64,000 nt of DNA from Candidatus Marinacidobacterales bacterium (GCA_965226495.1 OZ245365.1:4128001-4192000), one strand, 5' to 3'. Shown: positions 38,621-49,819, counted from the first letter of the stretch. The notes: generated by a model from the sequence alone, not told the origin. Numbers and translations are program-made.

Positions 38621-39238
38621 CTAGAGCTGGATCCCTCCGAAAGCCATGAACCCGATGGCCATCAGACCGGTGATGATGAACGTGATTCCCAAGCCGCGGA
38701 GGCCTACGGGGATATTGCTATAGCGCAGCCGCTCTCGAATGCCGGCCAGCGCGATGATGGCGAGTGCCCAGCCCACTCCGGACCCTAACCCGAAGACCAC
38801 GCTCTCTCCGAATGCGTAGTTGCGCTCGACCATCCAAAGGGAGGCCCCCAAGATGGCGCAATTCACCGCGATCAACGGTAAGAACACCCCCAACGCCGAA
38901 TGCAGCTTGGGTAGGAACCGATCAAGTGCCATCTCCACAATCTGGACCATCGCGGCGATCGTACCGATGTAGGTGAGAAAACCGAGAAATGACAAGTCGT
39001 AGGAGGCTAGTTCCGGGCTGACCCAGGCCAGCGCCCCCTCCTTCAGTAGGTACGTATAGATCAGAAAGTTCATGGGCACGGTGATGGTCAGAACAAAGAC
39101 CACCGCGCTACCGAGACCGATGGCGGTTTCCACTTTTCTCGACACCGCGATAAAGGAGCACATGCCCAAGAAAAAGGCGAGGGCCATGTTCTCGACGAAG
39201 ATGCTCTTGATGGCCAGGTTCAAGTAATGTTCGAACAT
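38621..39238 (-). CDS. nqrE: Na+-NQR subunit E
   Basis: [22 protein letters not shown]. Confidence 0.96.
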   Translation of the reverse strand: MFEHYLNLAIKSIFVENMALAFFLGMCSFIAVSRKVETAIGLGSAVVFVLTITVPMNFLIYTYLLKEGALAWVSPELASYDLSFLGFLTYIGTIAAMVQIVEMALDRFLPKLHSALGVFLPLIAVNCAILGASLWMVERNYAFGESVVFGLGSGVGWALAIIALAGIRERLRYSNIPVGLRGLGITFIITGLMAIGFMAFGGIQL

Positions 39239-39239
39239 G

Positions 39240-39863
39240 TCAATCCGCCTCCACTTGGTCCGGTTTCCAAGTTCTCAAGATCCAGATGAACAATCCGATT
39301 ATGAAAAACGCCGCCGGGGAAAGGAGCATGAAGCCGTTCGGAGTGTACCAGCCGCCCTCCGAGACTAGAGGCATCAGCGTGATCCCGAACAGGGAGCCGG
39401 ATCCGAACAACTCCCTCAAAAACGCCGTTAGCATCAGAATGAGCGAGTACCCCAAGGCGTTCCCTATCCCGTCCAAGACACTCTGCATCGGAGGGTTCTG
39501 CATGGCATAAGCCTCGGCGCGCCCCATGATGATGCAGTTCGTGATGATGAGGCCCACGAACACGGAGAGCTGCTTCGAAATCTCGTAAACGTATGCCTTG
39601 AGAATCTGATCGGTGACGATCACTAGAGACGCGATGATGGTCAGCTGCACGATGATGCGAATATTCGTCGGAATCTGATTTCGAAGCAGACTGACAAAAA
39701 GGTTTGACAGCGCCAGAACCGCGAGGACCGCCACGCTCATGACTAGAGCGGTATCCATTTGGGTCGTCACCGCCAGCGCCGAGCAAATCCCCAACACTTG
39801 ATAGGCGATCGGATTGTTGTTGAAAAGCGGATCTGCGAGCGCGTCTCGCGCCTTGCTAGTCAT
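39240..39863 (-). CDS. nqrD: Na+-NQR subunit D
   Basis: [31 protein letters not shown]. Confidence 0.96.
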   Translation of the reverse strand: MTSKARDALADPLFNNNPIAYQVLGICSALAVTTQMDTALVMSVAVLAVLALSNLFVSLLRNQIPTNIRIIVQLTIIASLVIVTDQILKAYVYEISKQLSVFVGLIITNCIIMGRAEAYAMQNPPMQSVLDGIGNALGYSLILMLTAFLRELFGSGSLFGITLMPLVSEGGWYTPNGFMLLSPAAFFIIGLFIWILRTWKPDQVEAD

Positions 39864-40648
39864 CCGGTGACTCCTTCCGTTTTCCTCAATCGAGCGAGAT
39901 AGGGGCCGAATCCATTCTCCGCCAGCCAGAAGTGAATCATGTTGGTCACGCCGCGACTGGTAATGGTGGCGCCCGAAAGACCGTCTACTCGGTACGGATG
40001 CTCAGCGGGCGGGCCGGCCGGTCCTTTGATGACGGTAATCTTCGGGCTAAGCTCTTCGTCGAACGCCAAGCGACCGTCCCAGCGCGCCTTCCAAATTGGA
40101 TTGTCGACCTCGCCGCCAAGCCCCGGGGTCTCTTTGTGCTCATAATAAGTGATGCCGCGGATCGTGTTGAGATCGGAGCCATCCAACGCGAGAAAACCAT
40201 AGAGGGTTCCCCAAAGGCCGTATCCCTCTATGGGCAGAATCAGAATCTGAATGGCACCGCTGCCATTTTGAAGCTGGTAGACCAAGGCCTTGTCGGCGAG
40301 GCGCTGGACCCGTGAGCGATTGTCGGGAGCCGCTCGACTGGTATCGGGATTCATCGCCGCCCTCCGATAATCGAACGTCGTCGGATCGATATCAGGAGCC
40401 TCTTCTCCCGTATTGAGATCGATGACCACCTGCCGGATAGGCGTGAAGCGCTCCTCGATCTCTTGGCGGCTCAGCTTCTCGCCCTCTTTCGCCAGCCCGG
40501 CGGCAATCAGCACATTCCGCTGTTTGTCCAACGCAGCGTTGATAGCTTGCCGGTCTTTCAGAGAGACTGCCGCCCATGAAACGAACACTGCGCAGCAGAC
40601 CGATATCACTGCCGCAAACCAAAAGTTGTATTGGACGCTATGTTGCAT
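39860..40648 (-). CDS. nqrC: Na+-NQR subunit C
   Basis: [28 protein letters not shown]-attachment motif. Confidence 0.96.
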   Translation of the reverse strand: MQHSVQYNFWFAAVISVCCAVFVSWAAVSLKDRQAINAALDKQRNVLIAAGLAKEGEKLSRQEIEERFTPIRQVVIDLNTGEEAPDIDPTTFDYRRAAMNPDTSRAAPDNRSRVQRLADKALVYQLQNGSGAIQILILPIEGYGLWGTLYGFLALDGSDLNTIRGITYYEHKETPGLGGEVDNPIWKARWDGRLAFDEELSPKITVIKGPAGPPAEHPYRVDGLSGATITSRGVTNMIHFWLAENGFGPYLARLRKTEGVTG

Positions 40649-41858
40649 AGCGAGCCTTCCTACGTTTTATATTAGCCCGGATTGCGAAATGGTCAATGAC
40701 CGGGGCGAACACGTTCATTAGCAGGATCGCCAGCATCATCCCTTCTGGATAGGCAGGATTGACGACCCGGATCAGAATCGCCAGCACCCCTATCAGGAAG
40801 CCATAAATATAGGCCCCTTTTTGGGTTACCGCGGCGGATACCGGGTCGGTCGCCATGTAAACCATGCCGAAGGCCCACCCGCCCAGAACGAAATGCCACC
40901 AGAAAGGCACGTCGAAGAAGGGATTGGTCGAAGAGCCAAAACCGTTAAGGACCAGGGTCATGGCGATCGTTCCGAGCGCGACGCTCAGCATGATGCGCCA
41001 GGAACCAATCCCAGTGAACACGAGAAGGAGGGCTCCAGCCAAACAAGCAAGGGCGGACGTTTCTCCCATCGACCCCGGGATGAATCCGACAAAGGCATCC
41101 CACCACGTGACCCCCTCGGCGACGACTGCCTGGCCACCTTCGACCGCGTTCGCTAGCCAGGTTGCGCCGCTCACCCCGTCGACCGAGGTCACCGCGGCGA
41201 TCCATACTTGGTCTCCGGTGATCTCGGCCGGGTAAGCAAAAAACAGAAACGCGCGGGCGGTGAGGGCCGGGTTCAAGATGTTGAAACCCGTTCCTCCGAA
41301 GACCTCTTTCCCGATAACGACGCCGAACGTGATGCCGAGGGCGACCTGCCAGAGGGGGATGTTGGGCGGCAGAATGAGCGGGAACAAGAATCCAGTAACC
41401 AAGAGACCCTCGTTCACCTCGTGCTTGCGGATGACGGCAAAGATAACCTCCCAAATACCGCCGACCGCGAACGTGACGATGAACACCGGGAAGAAATAAA
41501 GCGCCCCATGCACGATGCACGCCCAGGCGTTTCCGGGATCGAAGCCTAGCTCCAGCGCTCCCATCACCTGGGTCTGCCACGTCACCAGCGGAGCGGCACC
41601 CTTTGAGATCGCGAGATTTGCCTGGAAGCCGGTATTGTATAAGGCCATGTAAAGGCAGCCGACCAGCGAGATCACGACCGTCATCATCATGCGCTTGAGA
41701 TCGAGACCGTCGCGCGCATGCGAGGCATGCTGGGTGACCTCGCCCGGAGTGAACAAGAAGGTATCGTTCGCTTCCCAAAGCGGGTAGAGCTTTTCGAGCT
41801 TGCCGCCCTTCTCGAAAAGCTTGGCTTGTTTGTCGAGTAGGTTGCGTAAGAATTTCAT
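40638..41858 (-). CDS. nqrB: Na+-NQR subunit B
   Basis: [24 protein letters not shown] motif, [15 protein letters not shown]. Confidence 0.96.
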   Translation of the reverse strand: MKFLRNLLDKQAKLFEKGGKLEKLYPLWEANDTFLFTPGEVTQHASHARDGLDLKRMMMTVVISLVGCLYMALYNTGFQANLAISKGAAPLVTWQTQVMGALELGFDPGNAWACIVHGALYFFPVFIVTFAVGGIWEVIFAVIRKHEVNEGLLVTGFLFPLILPPNIPLWQVALGITFGVVIGKEVFGGTGFNILNPALTARAFLFFAYPAEITGDQVWIAAVTSVDGVSGATWLANAVEGGQAVVAEGVTWWDAFVGFIPGSMGETSALACLAGALLLVFTGIGSWRIMLSVALGTIAMTLVLNGFGSSTNPFFDVPFWWHFVLGGWAFGMVYMATDPVSAAVTQKGAYIYGFLIGVLAILIRVVNPAYPEGMMLAILLMNVFAPVIDHFAIRANIKRRKARYAT

Positions 41859-41888
41859 GAGTTAGAGCTTGTTTTCTTTGTTTAGTGC

Positions 41889-42038
41889 GCGCGGGGCCCC
41901 ACCCCCAAGCCTTGATGCTCCGTCGACTTCGCGACTACGCATCGGCTCAAGGCTGCGCTCGGGCTTTGCACCGCTAACCCTCGTCATTAGTCACTCGCGA
42001 GCTCCTCGCTCGCTCGCCGCCCTCGCTCTTCGCTCGGG
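41889..42038. repeat. REP family A long element between nqrA and nqrB
   Basis: Core at 41893-41906; aligns with 5501-5601 with an extra internal segment. Confidence 0.75.
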
Positions 42039-42134
42039 CGTAACCCCGGCCGCATTCCCTTGGCCGCGCAGCACGTGTGCCAATTCCTCGCGGCCGACGG
42101 CTAGCCAGACGACCGTTGTCCCATTCACGTTTGG

Positions 42135-43514
42135 CTAGCCTTCTTTCTCGATGGTGGTGAGGACGTCACGGAGATACGGTCCGTATTCGTTCTTCCCTGG
42201 ATCCACGAAAGTACACAACCCAAGATCCTCCTCGTCCAGCTCCAGGCACCCGAGCTCTTCAGCGCGAACGACGTCGCGCATCAGAAGCGACCGGAGCAGA
42301 AACGTCGGAAGGATGTCCATCGGCATCACCTTCTCGTACATCCCAATAGGAACGATGGCGCGGACTGATCCGTTGGTGGACGTCGTGAACGCGAACTTCT
42401 TCCCCGGAATCAGCTTGGAAACAAAAGTATTAATGGTAGAGAACTTGTCGAAGCCCGGTCCCAGCCAACCGAGAAATTCGCGTTCGCGCTCCTCGCGAAG
42501 AACGGTGATTTGCCGATCGTAGCGTCCGAGATAACCCAAGGTCTCTCCGGAAGCCTCGCGTCCCGAAAAGACAGAGCCTGAGATGACACGGCTCTCTCCG
42601 TCCTGTAGCTCACCCCTGAGGAGATCGTCCGTCGACCCGCCCACCCTTGCACGCACCAACCTAGGCTGCCGTACCGCCGGACCAGCGATTGCGATCACGC
42701 GCTCCACGTCGAGCTTGCCGGTTTGGAAGAGCTTTCCAATCGCCACCGTGTCCTGATAACCGGCATGCCACACCATCTTGTTCCGATCGACGGGATCCAG
42801 CTGGTGGATGTGAAGGCCCGCTGTACCGGCGGGGTGAGGGCCCTGGAACTCCTCGTGGTGAAACTGATTATCTCTAGGTATCGGGACCTGACTTCCCGGT
42901 GACGTACAAACGAAGACTGGCCCGTCAGTCAACTTGGAGAGTGCGATGAGCCCGTGCTCGAAATCGGAATGTCGGCCTTCGAGTGCGACGTCAACCGAGG
43001 GCGCCAGAGGGTGGGTGTCTATCGCGGTAACGAAAATGGAGCGCGGCTTGTCGTTGGGATCGGCGACTCGGCTGAAGGGACGCCCGCGCAACGCAGTCCA
43101 CATCCCGGACTCGATGAGAAGCCGGGCGACATCGTCTCGCGAGAGACCACCAGGGTGCTTCCCGGTGAAGGACGGGAAAGAGGCTTCTTCGGGCCCCCCG
43201 CTCCGACCCCCTTTCTCGCTCTGACTCAGCTCGATGACGATGGATTGAAAAGCCCGGCGTTCGCCGCGATGAATAGCCGCTACCTTGCCGGCGCCGGGCG
43301 ACGTGTAGCCCACGCCAGAGGTCTTCTTGTCCTCGAAGAGAAGCTGGCCGCGCCGGACGTCGTCCCCCACCTCTACCCGCATAGTAGGCCGCAACCCCGC
43401 GTAGTCGCTGGCCAGGAGCGCGACCTTCCCGGGGGCGCCACCATCCTGAACGGCTTGTATCGGCTCCCCCGAAATAGGCAGCCGGAGCCCCTTATTGATC
43501 TTGTGCAGTCCCAT
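42135..43514 (-). CDS. nqrA: Na+-NQR subunit A
   Basis: [38 protein letters not shown] end. Confidence 0.96.
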   Translation of the reverse strand: MGLHKINKGLRLPISGEPIQAVQDGGAPGKVALLASDYAGLRPTMRVEVGDDVRRGQLLFEDKKTSGVGYTSPGAGKVAAIHRGERRAFQSIVIELSQSEKGGRSGGPEEASFPSFTGKHPGGLSRDDVARLLIESGMWTALRGRPFSRVADPNDKPRSIFVTAIDTHPLAPSVDVALEGRHSDFEHGLIALSKLTDGPVFVCTSPGSQVPIPRDNQFHHEEFQGPHPAGTAGLHIHQLDPVDRNKMVWHAGYQDTVAIGKLFQTGKLDVERVIAIAGPAVRQPRLVRARVGGSTDDLLRGELQDGESRVISGSVFSGREASGETLGYLGRYDRQITVLREEREREFLGWLGPGFDKFSTINTFVSKLIPGKKFAFTTSTNGSVRAIVPIGMYEKVMPMDILPTFLLRSLLMRDVVRAEELGCLELDEEDLGLCTFVDPGKNEYGPYLRDVLTTIEKEG

Positions 43515-43778
43515 CTATCCGTCTAGTATCGCGCGCTGGCTACCGACAAAACCTATATTTTAGCGTACCCGCCCATATCCCGAACATCATTATTGCGACT
43601 AGTCTGGATCGCCGCCCGCCCCGGATCAGAAACGCCAAAGTGAACGGCTACCAGTCTTGGTCCAACTTTATCTCGCAGGGTCGAAAAGCCACCGGCGAAG
43701 CTCTAGAGCGCTAGCGGGGTGCTCAAAAGACTCACTGCCCGACTGCCTGGCTGCTCCCGAGTTACAATAGTAACAGTG

Positions 43779-44744
43779 ATGCTTTTCGCAAGCCCTTGGA
43801 GCGCACACGTCATAGGGCTGGTGGCCTTTGGGACCCTCCTCAGCGGCCCGCCTAGTTACTCGACCCCGACAAGAGCAACAACGTCAGCTCCCGCCGCCCG
43901 ATGGCAAGAAACGACGCATCGCTTCTCGGTGGACGTCAACGCCGTAACCTTGGACGTTGTGGTGACCGACCAAAAGGGTCGCTTCGTTAAGGACCTGAAG
44001 CGGGAAGATTTCGCGATTCTAGAAGAGGGTGTTCCGCAGGAGTTGACTTACTTCACCTCCGGCAACACTCCGATCACTGTACTGCTTCTCTTAGATAGCT
44101 CAGCCAGCGTGCGCTCACACCAAAAGGAAGTCCAAAAGGACGCCAATCGGTTCATCAACAAGCTGCAAAAGGGAGACCAGGCTCGAGTCGGCTTCTTCCA
44201 CAACACGGTCGTGTTCGGTCCACGGTTCACGGACGACATGGACGAGCACATCGCCATGATCAACCGCATGCGGCCGCAACGTAGCACTCATCTTTACGAC
44301 GCCCTCTTGAGCGCCCTCCAAGAGCTCGCCGCCTTGCCAGATCGCAAGGCTCTGCTCGTGTTCACCGATGGCGCCGATGAAGGCAGCAAGGCAACCCGGG
44401 AGGATGCGCTCGAAGCGGCGCGGCGATCCCTAGCATCGGTTTACTCGGTCGGCCTCGTGGGGTGGAACCTCGAGGACGGCATGAACACTAACCAAAAGCT
44501 GCTCACTCAGGTAGCCGAGTACACCGGGGGCCGCGCCTTCTTTCCGCAAAAGGAAAAGGAGATGCGGCAGGCCTTCGATCGAATCCGGGACGAATTGCAC
44601 CGAACCTACCGCATGGCGTACTTCCCCCAAGAAAGCCACGGCGACGACGCCTGGCGCTCAATCGAAGTCCGACTCGCTAAGCGCAAAAATCTCGTCGTGC
44701 GGACCCGCCTGGGCTACTACAGTTATTCTGGCAACACACAGTAG
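43779..44744 (+). CDS. VWA-domain protein (Acidobacteria-type)
   Basis: VVVTDQKGRFVKDL, MIDAS DSSAS, LYDAL, FTDG, TGGRAF; start 43719 or 43779. Confidence 0.88.
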   Translation: MLFASPWSAHVIGLVAFGTLLSGPPSYSTPTRATTSAPAARWQETTHRFSVDVNAVTLDVVVTDQKGRFVKDLKREDFAILEEGVPQELTYFTSGNTPITVLLLLDSSASVRSHQKEVQKDANRFINKLQKGDQARVGFFHNTVVFGPRFTDDMDEHIAMINRMRPQRSTHLYDALLSALQELAALPDRKALLVFTDGADEGSKATREDALEAARRSLASVYSVGLVGWNLEDGMNTNQKLLTQVAEYTGGRAFFPQKEKEMRQAFDRIRDELHRTYRMAYFPQESHGDDAWRSIEVRLAKRKNLVVRTRLGYYSYSGNTQ

Positions 44745-45509
44745 ATGATGAACCCGACTCGCCTCGCACTACTTTTCGTCATACTCTCCGCCTTTACACA
44801 GGATCCGGATCGGCAGCTCCGCGACTGGTCGGCCTCGGGACAAACGGAAGCGGTCCGCAAACTCTTGGCCGAGAGCGAAACGGTAGATGTCAGCTACCGC
44901 GATGACATGGGTTGGACTCCTTTGATGTACGCGGCCGAGGCTGGTCACACTGAGATCGTCGCATTGCTCATCCAAGCCGGCGCCAACGTCCACTCCGAGA
45001 ACAACCACGGCGAAACTGCCCTTCATCTCGCGGCAGAAAAGGGTCGTACGAACGTGACGCGGATTCTTTTGAAGGCGGATGCCGATTTCGAGGCTCAGGA
45101 TGGCAGCGGTCGAACGCCGCTATACCGCGCGTTCGAGAATCGTCACGGGGACATTACCGAGCTTCTGCAGGAAGCCGCTCTGAAGGAGGCCGACCGGAAG
45201 GCTTCGGTCGAGACGGGGCGCGTAACGCAGGGCACGCACCCTCCGAAGCTCATCGAGTCGGTCTCGGCCGAGTACACGAACATCGGTTTGAAGCGGGGTA
45301 TCGAAGGAACTGTCGTCCTCATGATCCTCGTCCGCCGGGATGGATCGGTCGGGCCGGTGGGCGTCTCGGAAGGCATCGAAGAGAGCCTCGACGAAAGCGC
45401 GCGGAGAGCCGTCAGGAAATGGAAGTTCGCGCCCGCGACGCGAGCTGGGAGCCCCGTGGAAGTCATCATGGAAGTAAAGATAGACTTCAAACTTCCAACG
45501 GAGCCGTAA
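44745..45509 (+). CDS. Ankyrin-repeat protein fused to TonB C-terminal domain
   Basis: GWTPLMYAA, GETALHLAA, GRTPLY, then IEGTVVL...LDESARRAVRKWKFAPA. Confidence 0.88.
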   Translation: MMNPTRLALLFVILSAFTQDPDRQLRDWSASGQTEAVRKLLAESETVDVSYRDDMGWTPLMYAAEAGHTEIVALLIQAGANVHSENNHGETALHLAAEKGRTNVTRILLKADADFEAQDGSGRTPLYRAFENRHGDITELLQEAALKEADRKASVETGRVTQGTHPPKLIESVSAEYTNIGLKRGIEGTVVLMILVRRDGSVGPVGVSEGIEESLDESARRAVRKWKFAPATRAGSPVEVIMEVKIDFKLPTEP

Positions 45510-45538
45510 GCCCGGTTAACAGAAGGGCGAGGTTTTTT

Positions 45539-46720
45539 TCAGTTCTTGACCGGAGCGGTGGTGGTGAGCGTATCCAGCTTCGCGCGTGCTGACAAGTAGT
45601 TGGGATCGACTTCGAGGGTAGCGCGGAACTCTTGGATGGCCTTCTCTTTGTTCCCTTGTTTCAAATAGCACTGGCCCAGATAGTATCGAGCATCGGCGAG
45701 CTCCGGCTCTTTGGAAATAGCCTTCTTGAACTGCCGGATCGCTTGGTCGTACTGCTCGAGTCGGTAGTGAGCCACGCCCAAGTGGTGAAAGAAATACGCG
45801 TTCGACCCGGAGTTTTTGGTAGCGAGTTGGAACTCCTTCATCGCTTCCTCCTCCCGACCCTGCCTAAGGTAGGCCGCCCCAAGATTGGAATACGCGTCGG
45901 CGAAATCCGGGTCGTCCTCGATCGCCTGCTTGTACTGCTCGATCGCTTCGTCGATGTGACCGCGACGCCTTAGAGCCACGCCCAGGTTATTGCGAGCACG
46001 CACGAACGTCGGCATGATCTCTAGCGCGAGCTCATACATATCCAGCTCTTTCTCCAGAGGATCGAAACCGAGATCCTTCCCTTCTGTCTCAGTGAAGTAA
46101 CCGTAGAGGAAGCCTTGGTTGTTGTAGAAGTTCGCGATCGCCTCCAGGTCATCGATGACGTTGTATCCAATGTATTCTCGCTCGGGCGTGCGCGTGAAAT
46201 CGATAATGGCGACCTTGGTCCCTTTTCGGTACCCGGCCGTGATGTGCCCATTGTTGACAATGACCTCCGCCTCTCTCGACACGCGCTCGATCATCGTGAC
46301 GTCGACGTAGACCGCCTCCACCCCTACCTCTCGGGCCATGCCTACGAAGAGATTCGAATACGCAAGGCAATTCCCGCGGCCCTCCCGGAATACTTCCTTC
46401 GCGGTCTTGTTGGAAAGCCAGTCGTATGAGATGGAAAGGCCGGTCAGATCGATAATCTTGTTGACGATCGCGTGCACTTTCGCGCTGTCACTCGTTGCGC
46501 TGTGGGTGATGTCATGGGCGACCTGGCGGATCTCGTCATCGATCTCGAAAGGGATAACGACCTGCTCTCGCATTTGAGTGGAGACGCGATCGTCATACGC
46601 CGCGGTGACCTCGTCGGGCGTGTAGATCTTCTTCTCCGCCGAGACGCAAGCGTTCAACAGGAGAGTTGGAAGGCTAGCCAACAAAAGTAGCCGAACGTGG
46701 GTGCAGAGCATCGGTGTCAC
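45539..46720 (-). CDS. Transglutaminase-like domain lipoprotein with TPR repeats
   Basis: Lipobox LNAC; GNCL / GHI / IDF Cys-His-Asp triad; C-terminal TPRs. Confidence 0.85.
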   Translation of the reverse strand: MTPMLCTHVRLLLLASLPTLLLNACVSAEKKIYTPDEVTAAYDDRVSTQMREQVVIPFEIDDEIRQVAHDITHSATSDSAKVHAIVNKIIDLTGLSISYDWLSNKTAKEVFREGRGNCLAYSNLFVGMAREVGVEAVYVDVTMIERVSREAEVIVNNGHITAGYRKGTKVAIIDFTRTPEREYIGYNVIDDLEAIANFYNNQGFLYGYFTETEGKDLGFDPLEKELDMYELALEIMPTFVRARNNLGVALRRRGHIDEAIEQYKQAIEDDPDFADAYSNLGAAYLRQGREEEAMKEFQLATKNSGSNAYFFHHLGVAHYRLEQYDQAIRQFKKAISKEPELADARYYLGQCYLKQGNKEKAIQEFRATLEVDPNYLSARAKLDTLTTTAPVKN

Positions 46721-46731
46721 CGACAGAAGCC

Positions 46732-46740
46732 ATTATAGCA
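46732..46740 (-). promoter_or_regulatory. Extended -10 promoter (TGCTATAAT)
   Basis: Exact TGnTATAAT 11 nt upstream of the GTG at 46720, implying a very short leader. Confidence 0.5.
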
Positions 46741-46824
46741 CGGACCTTTCGCCGCAAGCGGTAGCCGACCCACGAACAACCGAGCGCGGCGCCAGCCCCT
46801 GAAGAGTGCTATATTTGGCGGTTC

Positions 46825-48051
46825 ATGTCTCCTGGGAACAGTCTCTTTTCGGCCCGGTTCTTCGTCATTTGCTCTTTCAATTTTACAGTTTTCCTGTCCG
46901 GTTTCATGCTGTTCCCTACCGGCCCATTTCATATTCTCGACTTAGGGGGCAATAAGTTCACGGCCGGGCTCTTCTTGGCCTTTCTGACCTACGCCTCCGC
47001 ATTTTCGGCTCCCTTCACGGGCGCATTGGCCGACCGAGTCGGCAAACGCCGCGTCCTGATCGTGGCCAGCCTGACTCTGGTGGTCATCTCCGGCTTATAC
47101 GCGGTGAGCCCGACCTATACCATCTTGTTGTCGTTGGTTCCCATTCACGGGTTTTTCTGGTCAGGCCTCCTCGCCGCCTCAGGCGCCTATCTCGTAGACC
47201 AAATCCCCGCCTCCCGTCGCGCCGAAGGACTGGCGTTTTGGGGGCTCGCGACGGTAGCCGCGATCGCCGTCGCACCGCCCCTCGCCTTTTGGCTCTACGA
47301 TTCCGGCGGCTGGCTGTGGGTTTGCATTGCGTCGGCGGTGTTCAACGTCGCCATGGCGGGGATTGCCCTCAACCTAAAGGACGGACCGCACCCAAGTGCG
47401 CCAGGTGAGCCAAGTGAGAAAGCCCGCTTGGAAACGACTTTCGTCGAATGGCGCATTGTCGGAGTTTCTCTAACTCTCTTCCTCTTCAGCTTCGGCTACG
47501 GCGGAATCACGAGCTTCGTGGCCCTTTACGCGCAGGAAAGCGGCACCGTTCCCAAGAGCCTTTACTTCACGGTGCTCGCTATCGTCATCTTGGTCACTCG
47601 CCCACTCCTCGGGCTCTTGGCCGACCGCATCGGACATAAGAGAGTCTTCATTCCCTGTCTTGTGTCCATGGCGGTGGGGCTAGCTCTCCTGGTACCGGGC
47701 GGAACACGTCCTTGGCTTGTGAGCTCTGCGATCTTCTTCGGCATCGGTTTGGGTTCGGCGCTTCCCGTCTACACCGCTTTCATCATGCAACGTGTATCCA
47801 CAGCTCGGCGGGGAGCGGCGTTCGGCGGCATGTTGGCAGCCTTCGACACCGGCATCGGTACCGGCTCAATGACGCTGGGGTATGTCATCGAGGCGACCAA
47901 CTATGGAGTCGCGTTCGGTATCGCGGCCATACTTGCGACGCTGTCGCTTCCCTACTTCATCGTGTCGGAGCGAAGGTTTCTAAGAGAACCAAGAAAGAAG
48001 AAAGAAGAGCCCGGTTATACTACGGTCGAGCCGAAAGGAGAGATCCCATGA
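46825..48051 (+). CDS. MFS transporter
   Basis: About 12 TMs; GALADRVGKRR and GLLADRIGHKR motif A. Confidence 0.92.
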   Translation: MSPGNSLFSARFFVICSFNFTVFLSGFMLFPTGPFHILDLGGNKFTAGLFLAFLTYASAFSAPFTGALADRVGKRRVLIVASLTLVVISGLYAVSPTYTILLSLVPIHGFFWSGLLAASGAYLVDQIPASRRAEGLAFWGLATVAAIAVAPPLAFWLYDSGGWLWVCIASAVFNVAMAGIALNLKDGPHPSAPGEPSEKARLETTFVEWRIVGVSLTLFLFSFGYGGITSFVALYAQESGTVPKSLYFTVLAIVILVTRPLLGLLADRIGHKRVFIPCLVSMAVGLALLVPGGTRPWLVSSAIFFGIGLGSALPVYTAFIMQRVSTARRGAAFGGMLAAFDTGIGTGSMTLGYVIEATNYGVAFGIAAILATLSLPYFIVSERRFLREPRKKKEEPGYTTVEPKGEIP

Positions 48052-49277
48052 CCTCCCTGGACCGCCGCAGTTTCCTCAAAACCACCACCGCCGGATTGGC
48101 CTCATTGGCAGCTGCCCGCGGCGAGGCGCGACCGGCCAACTCGGCCAACTCGTCCAATGATGACCCCCTCGGAGTACGCGCGGAGTTCCCGATCACCAAG
48201 GCCCAGGCCTATCTCAATACCGCTTCTTCGGGTCCCTTTCCCCGTGCGGTGAAAGAGGCAGCCTTGGCGTTCGTGGAGGAAAAAACCCTACGGCCGACCC
48301 CCGGTAGCCGCCATGAAACCCGAGCAAGAGCCCGAGCCAAGTTCGCCAAGCTCTTCGGCGCCAAAGAGGAAGAAGTGGCCTTCCTCTATTCCACAAGCGA
48401 CGGGGAAAATCTGGTAGCCCGCGGCCTCGACCTGCAGGCAGGCGATAACGTCGTGATCGACGAGCTTCATTTCATCACCAGCTTCGTACTCTTTCGCCAG
48501 CTCCAGAAGGAAAAAGGAATCGAGCTACGCGTGGTGCCACAAAGGAAAGGGCGTTCCGAGATCGAAGACTTCGAGGCGCGCATCGATCGACGCACGCGAC
48601 TCGTTTCCGTGGCGTGGGTCTCGAACCGCAACGGCTATCGACACAACATCCGCGCCCTCGCCGACCTCGCTCACGCCCACGACGCGTTGCTGTATGCCGA
48701 TGCTATCCAAGCGTTCGGCACTTTTCCGATGCGACTGCGCCAAGAAGGCGTGGATTTCGCGACCGGCAATTCGTACAAGTGGATCTACGCCGGCTATGGA
48801 GTCGCACCCTTTTTCATCCGCGAAGAGCATCTCGACCGCATCCGACCGGATCGCTACGGTCATGCCCAAGTGGCGGAGTCACTCCCCGACTATCAATACC
48901 GACTGCAGAAGACGGCTCAGAAGTTCGAGTACGCGAACCCGGCCTACGGTCCCCTGTATCAGCTCGATGCCGCCCTTTCTTTACTCGAGGAAGTTGGGCT
49001 CGACCGCATCGAAGCCCACGGCGTGGCGCTGGCCTCCGAGCTTCGCGCGGGAGTGAACAAGCTCGGATTCGAGGTATGGACCCCCCCGAACAACGCCTCG
49101 CCGATCGTAACGTTCCCACACGGACAAAAACCCGCGGCCTTGCGGCGTCTTCTGGAAAAGGAGGCGGTGGTCGTCACGCTTCCCGAGAAGGAAACACACA
49201 TACGAGCCGCGATGGGCATGTTCAACAACCAGAGCGACATCAATCGACTCTTGAAGGTTCTCGAGAGAATCGCTTAG
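48048..49277 (+). CDS. Tat-exported class V PLP-dependent enzyme
   Basis: DRRSFLK twin-arginine signal, YLNTAS, DAIQ, SYKW PLP lysine; AGGAG RBS. Confidence 0.88.
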   Translation: MTSLDRRSFLKTTTAGLASLAAARGEARPANSANSSNDDPLGVRAEFPITKAQAYLNTASSGPFPRAVKEAALAFVEEKTLRPTPGSRHETRARARAKFAKLFGAKEEEVAFLYSTSDGENLVARGLDLQAGDNVVIDELHFITSFVLFRQLQKEKGIELRVVPQRKGRSEIEDFEARIDRRTRLVSVAWVSNRNGYRHNIRALADLAHAHDALLYADAIQAFGTFPMRLRQEGVDFATGNSYKWIYAGYGVAPFFIREEHLDRIRPDRYGHAQVAESLPDYQYRLQKTAQKFEYANPAYGPLYQLDAALSLLEEVGLDRIEAHGVALASELRAGVNKLGFEVWTPPNNASPIVTFPHGQKPAALRRLLEKEAVVVTLPEKETHIRAAMGMFNNQSDINRLLKVLERIA

Positions 49278-49298
49278 TAATCAAAGGAGGGTACTCAC

Positions 49299-49760
49299 AT
49301 GAAACCATGGTCTTTCAAACAACTCGCCATTGGAGCGGCGCTGGGCGGATTGCTCACCGTATCCGCTGGGTTCCAGAAGTCTGAGGCGCCGCGGTACATC
49401 ACCTTGCCCGAGCGCACCGATGATCGGCCTTACAGCAATGCCGTGCTCGTGGGCGACACGCTCTATCTTTCGGGAGCGATAGGGATCGATCCGAAGACCG
49501 GCAAACCGCCGGCGGACGTCAAAGAGGAAGTCAAGATCGTCATGGATAGCATGAAGCGGCGGCTCGAAATGGTGGGAATGACGATGGACGATCTGGTAAG
49601 CGTCCAGGTCTTTTGCCCCAACCTCGAGCTCTACGACGAGTTCAATGCCGTCTACCGAACGTACTTCAAAGAGCACTTCCCGGCCCGGGGATTCATCGGC
49701 TCCGGTCCCCTCTTGGCCGAAAGCAATTTCGAAGTCATGGGGATCGCCGTCAAGCGCTAG
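49299..49760 (+). CDS. RidA (YjgF/YER057c/UK114) family protein with signal peptide
   Basis: PYSNAV, LYLSG, FNAVY, FPAR (catalytic Arg), FEV; hydrophobic N-terminal extension. Confidence 0.9.
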   Translation: MKPWSFKQLAIGAALGGLLTVSAGFQKSEAPRYITLPERTDDRPYSNAVLVGDTLYLSGAIGIDPKTGKPPADVKEEVKIVMDSMKRRLEMVGMTMDDLVSVQVFCPNLELYDEFNAVYRTYFKEHFPARGFIGSGPLLAESNFEVMGIAVKR

Positions 49761-49819
49761 GACGCACTCGACTACTCCTTCGGTCCGGCCACTTCGTCGA
49801 GGAAGGGCGCGAGCGCCAA

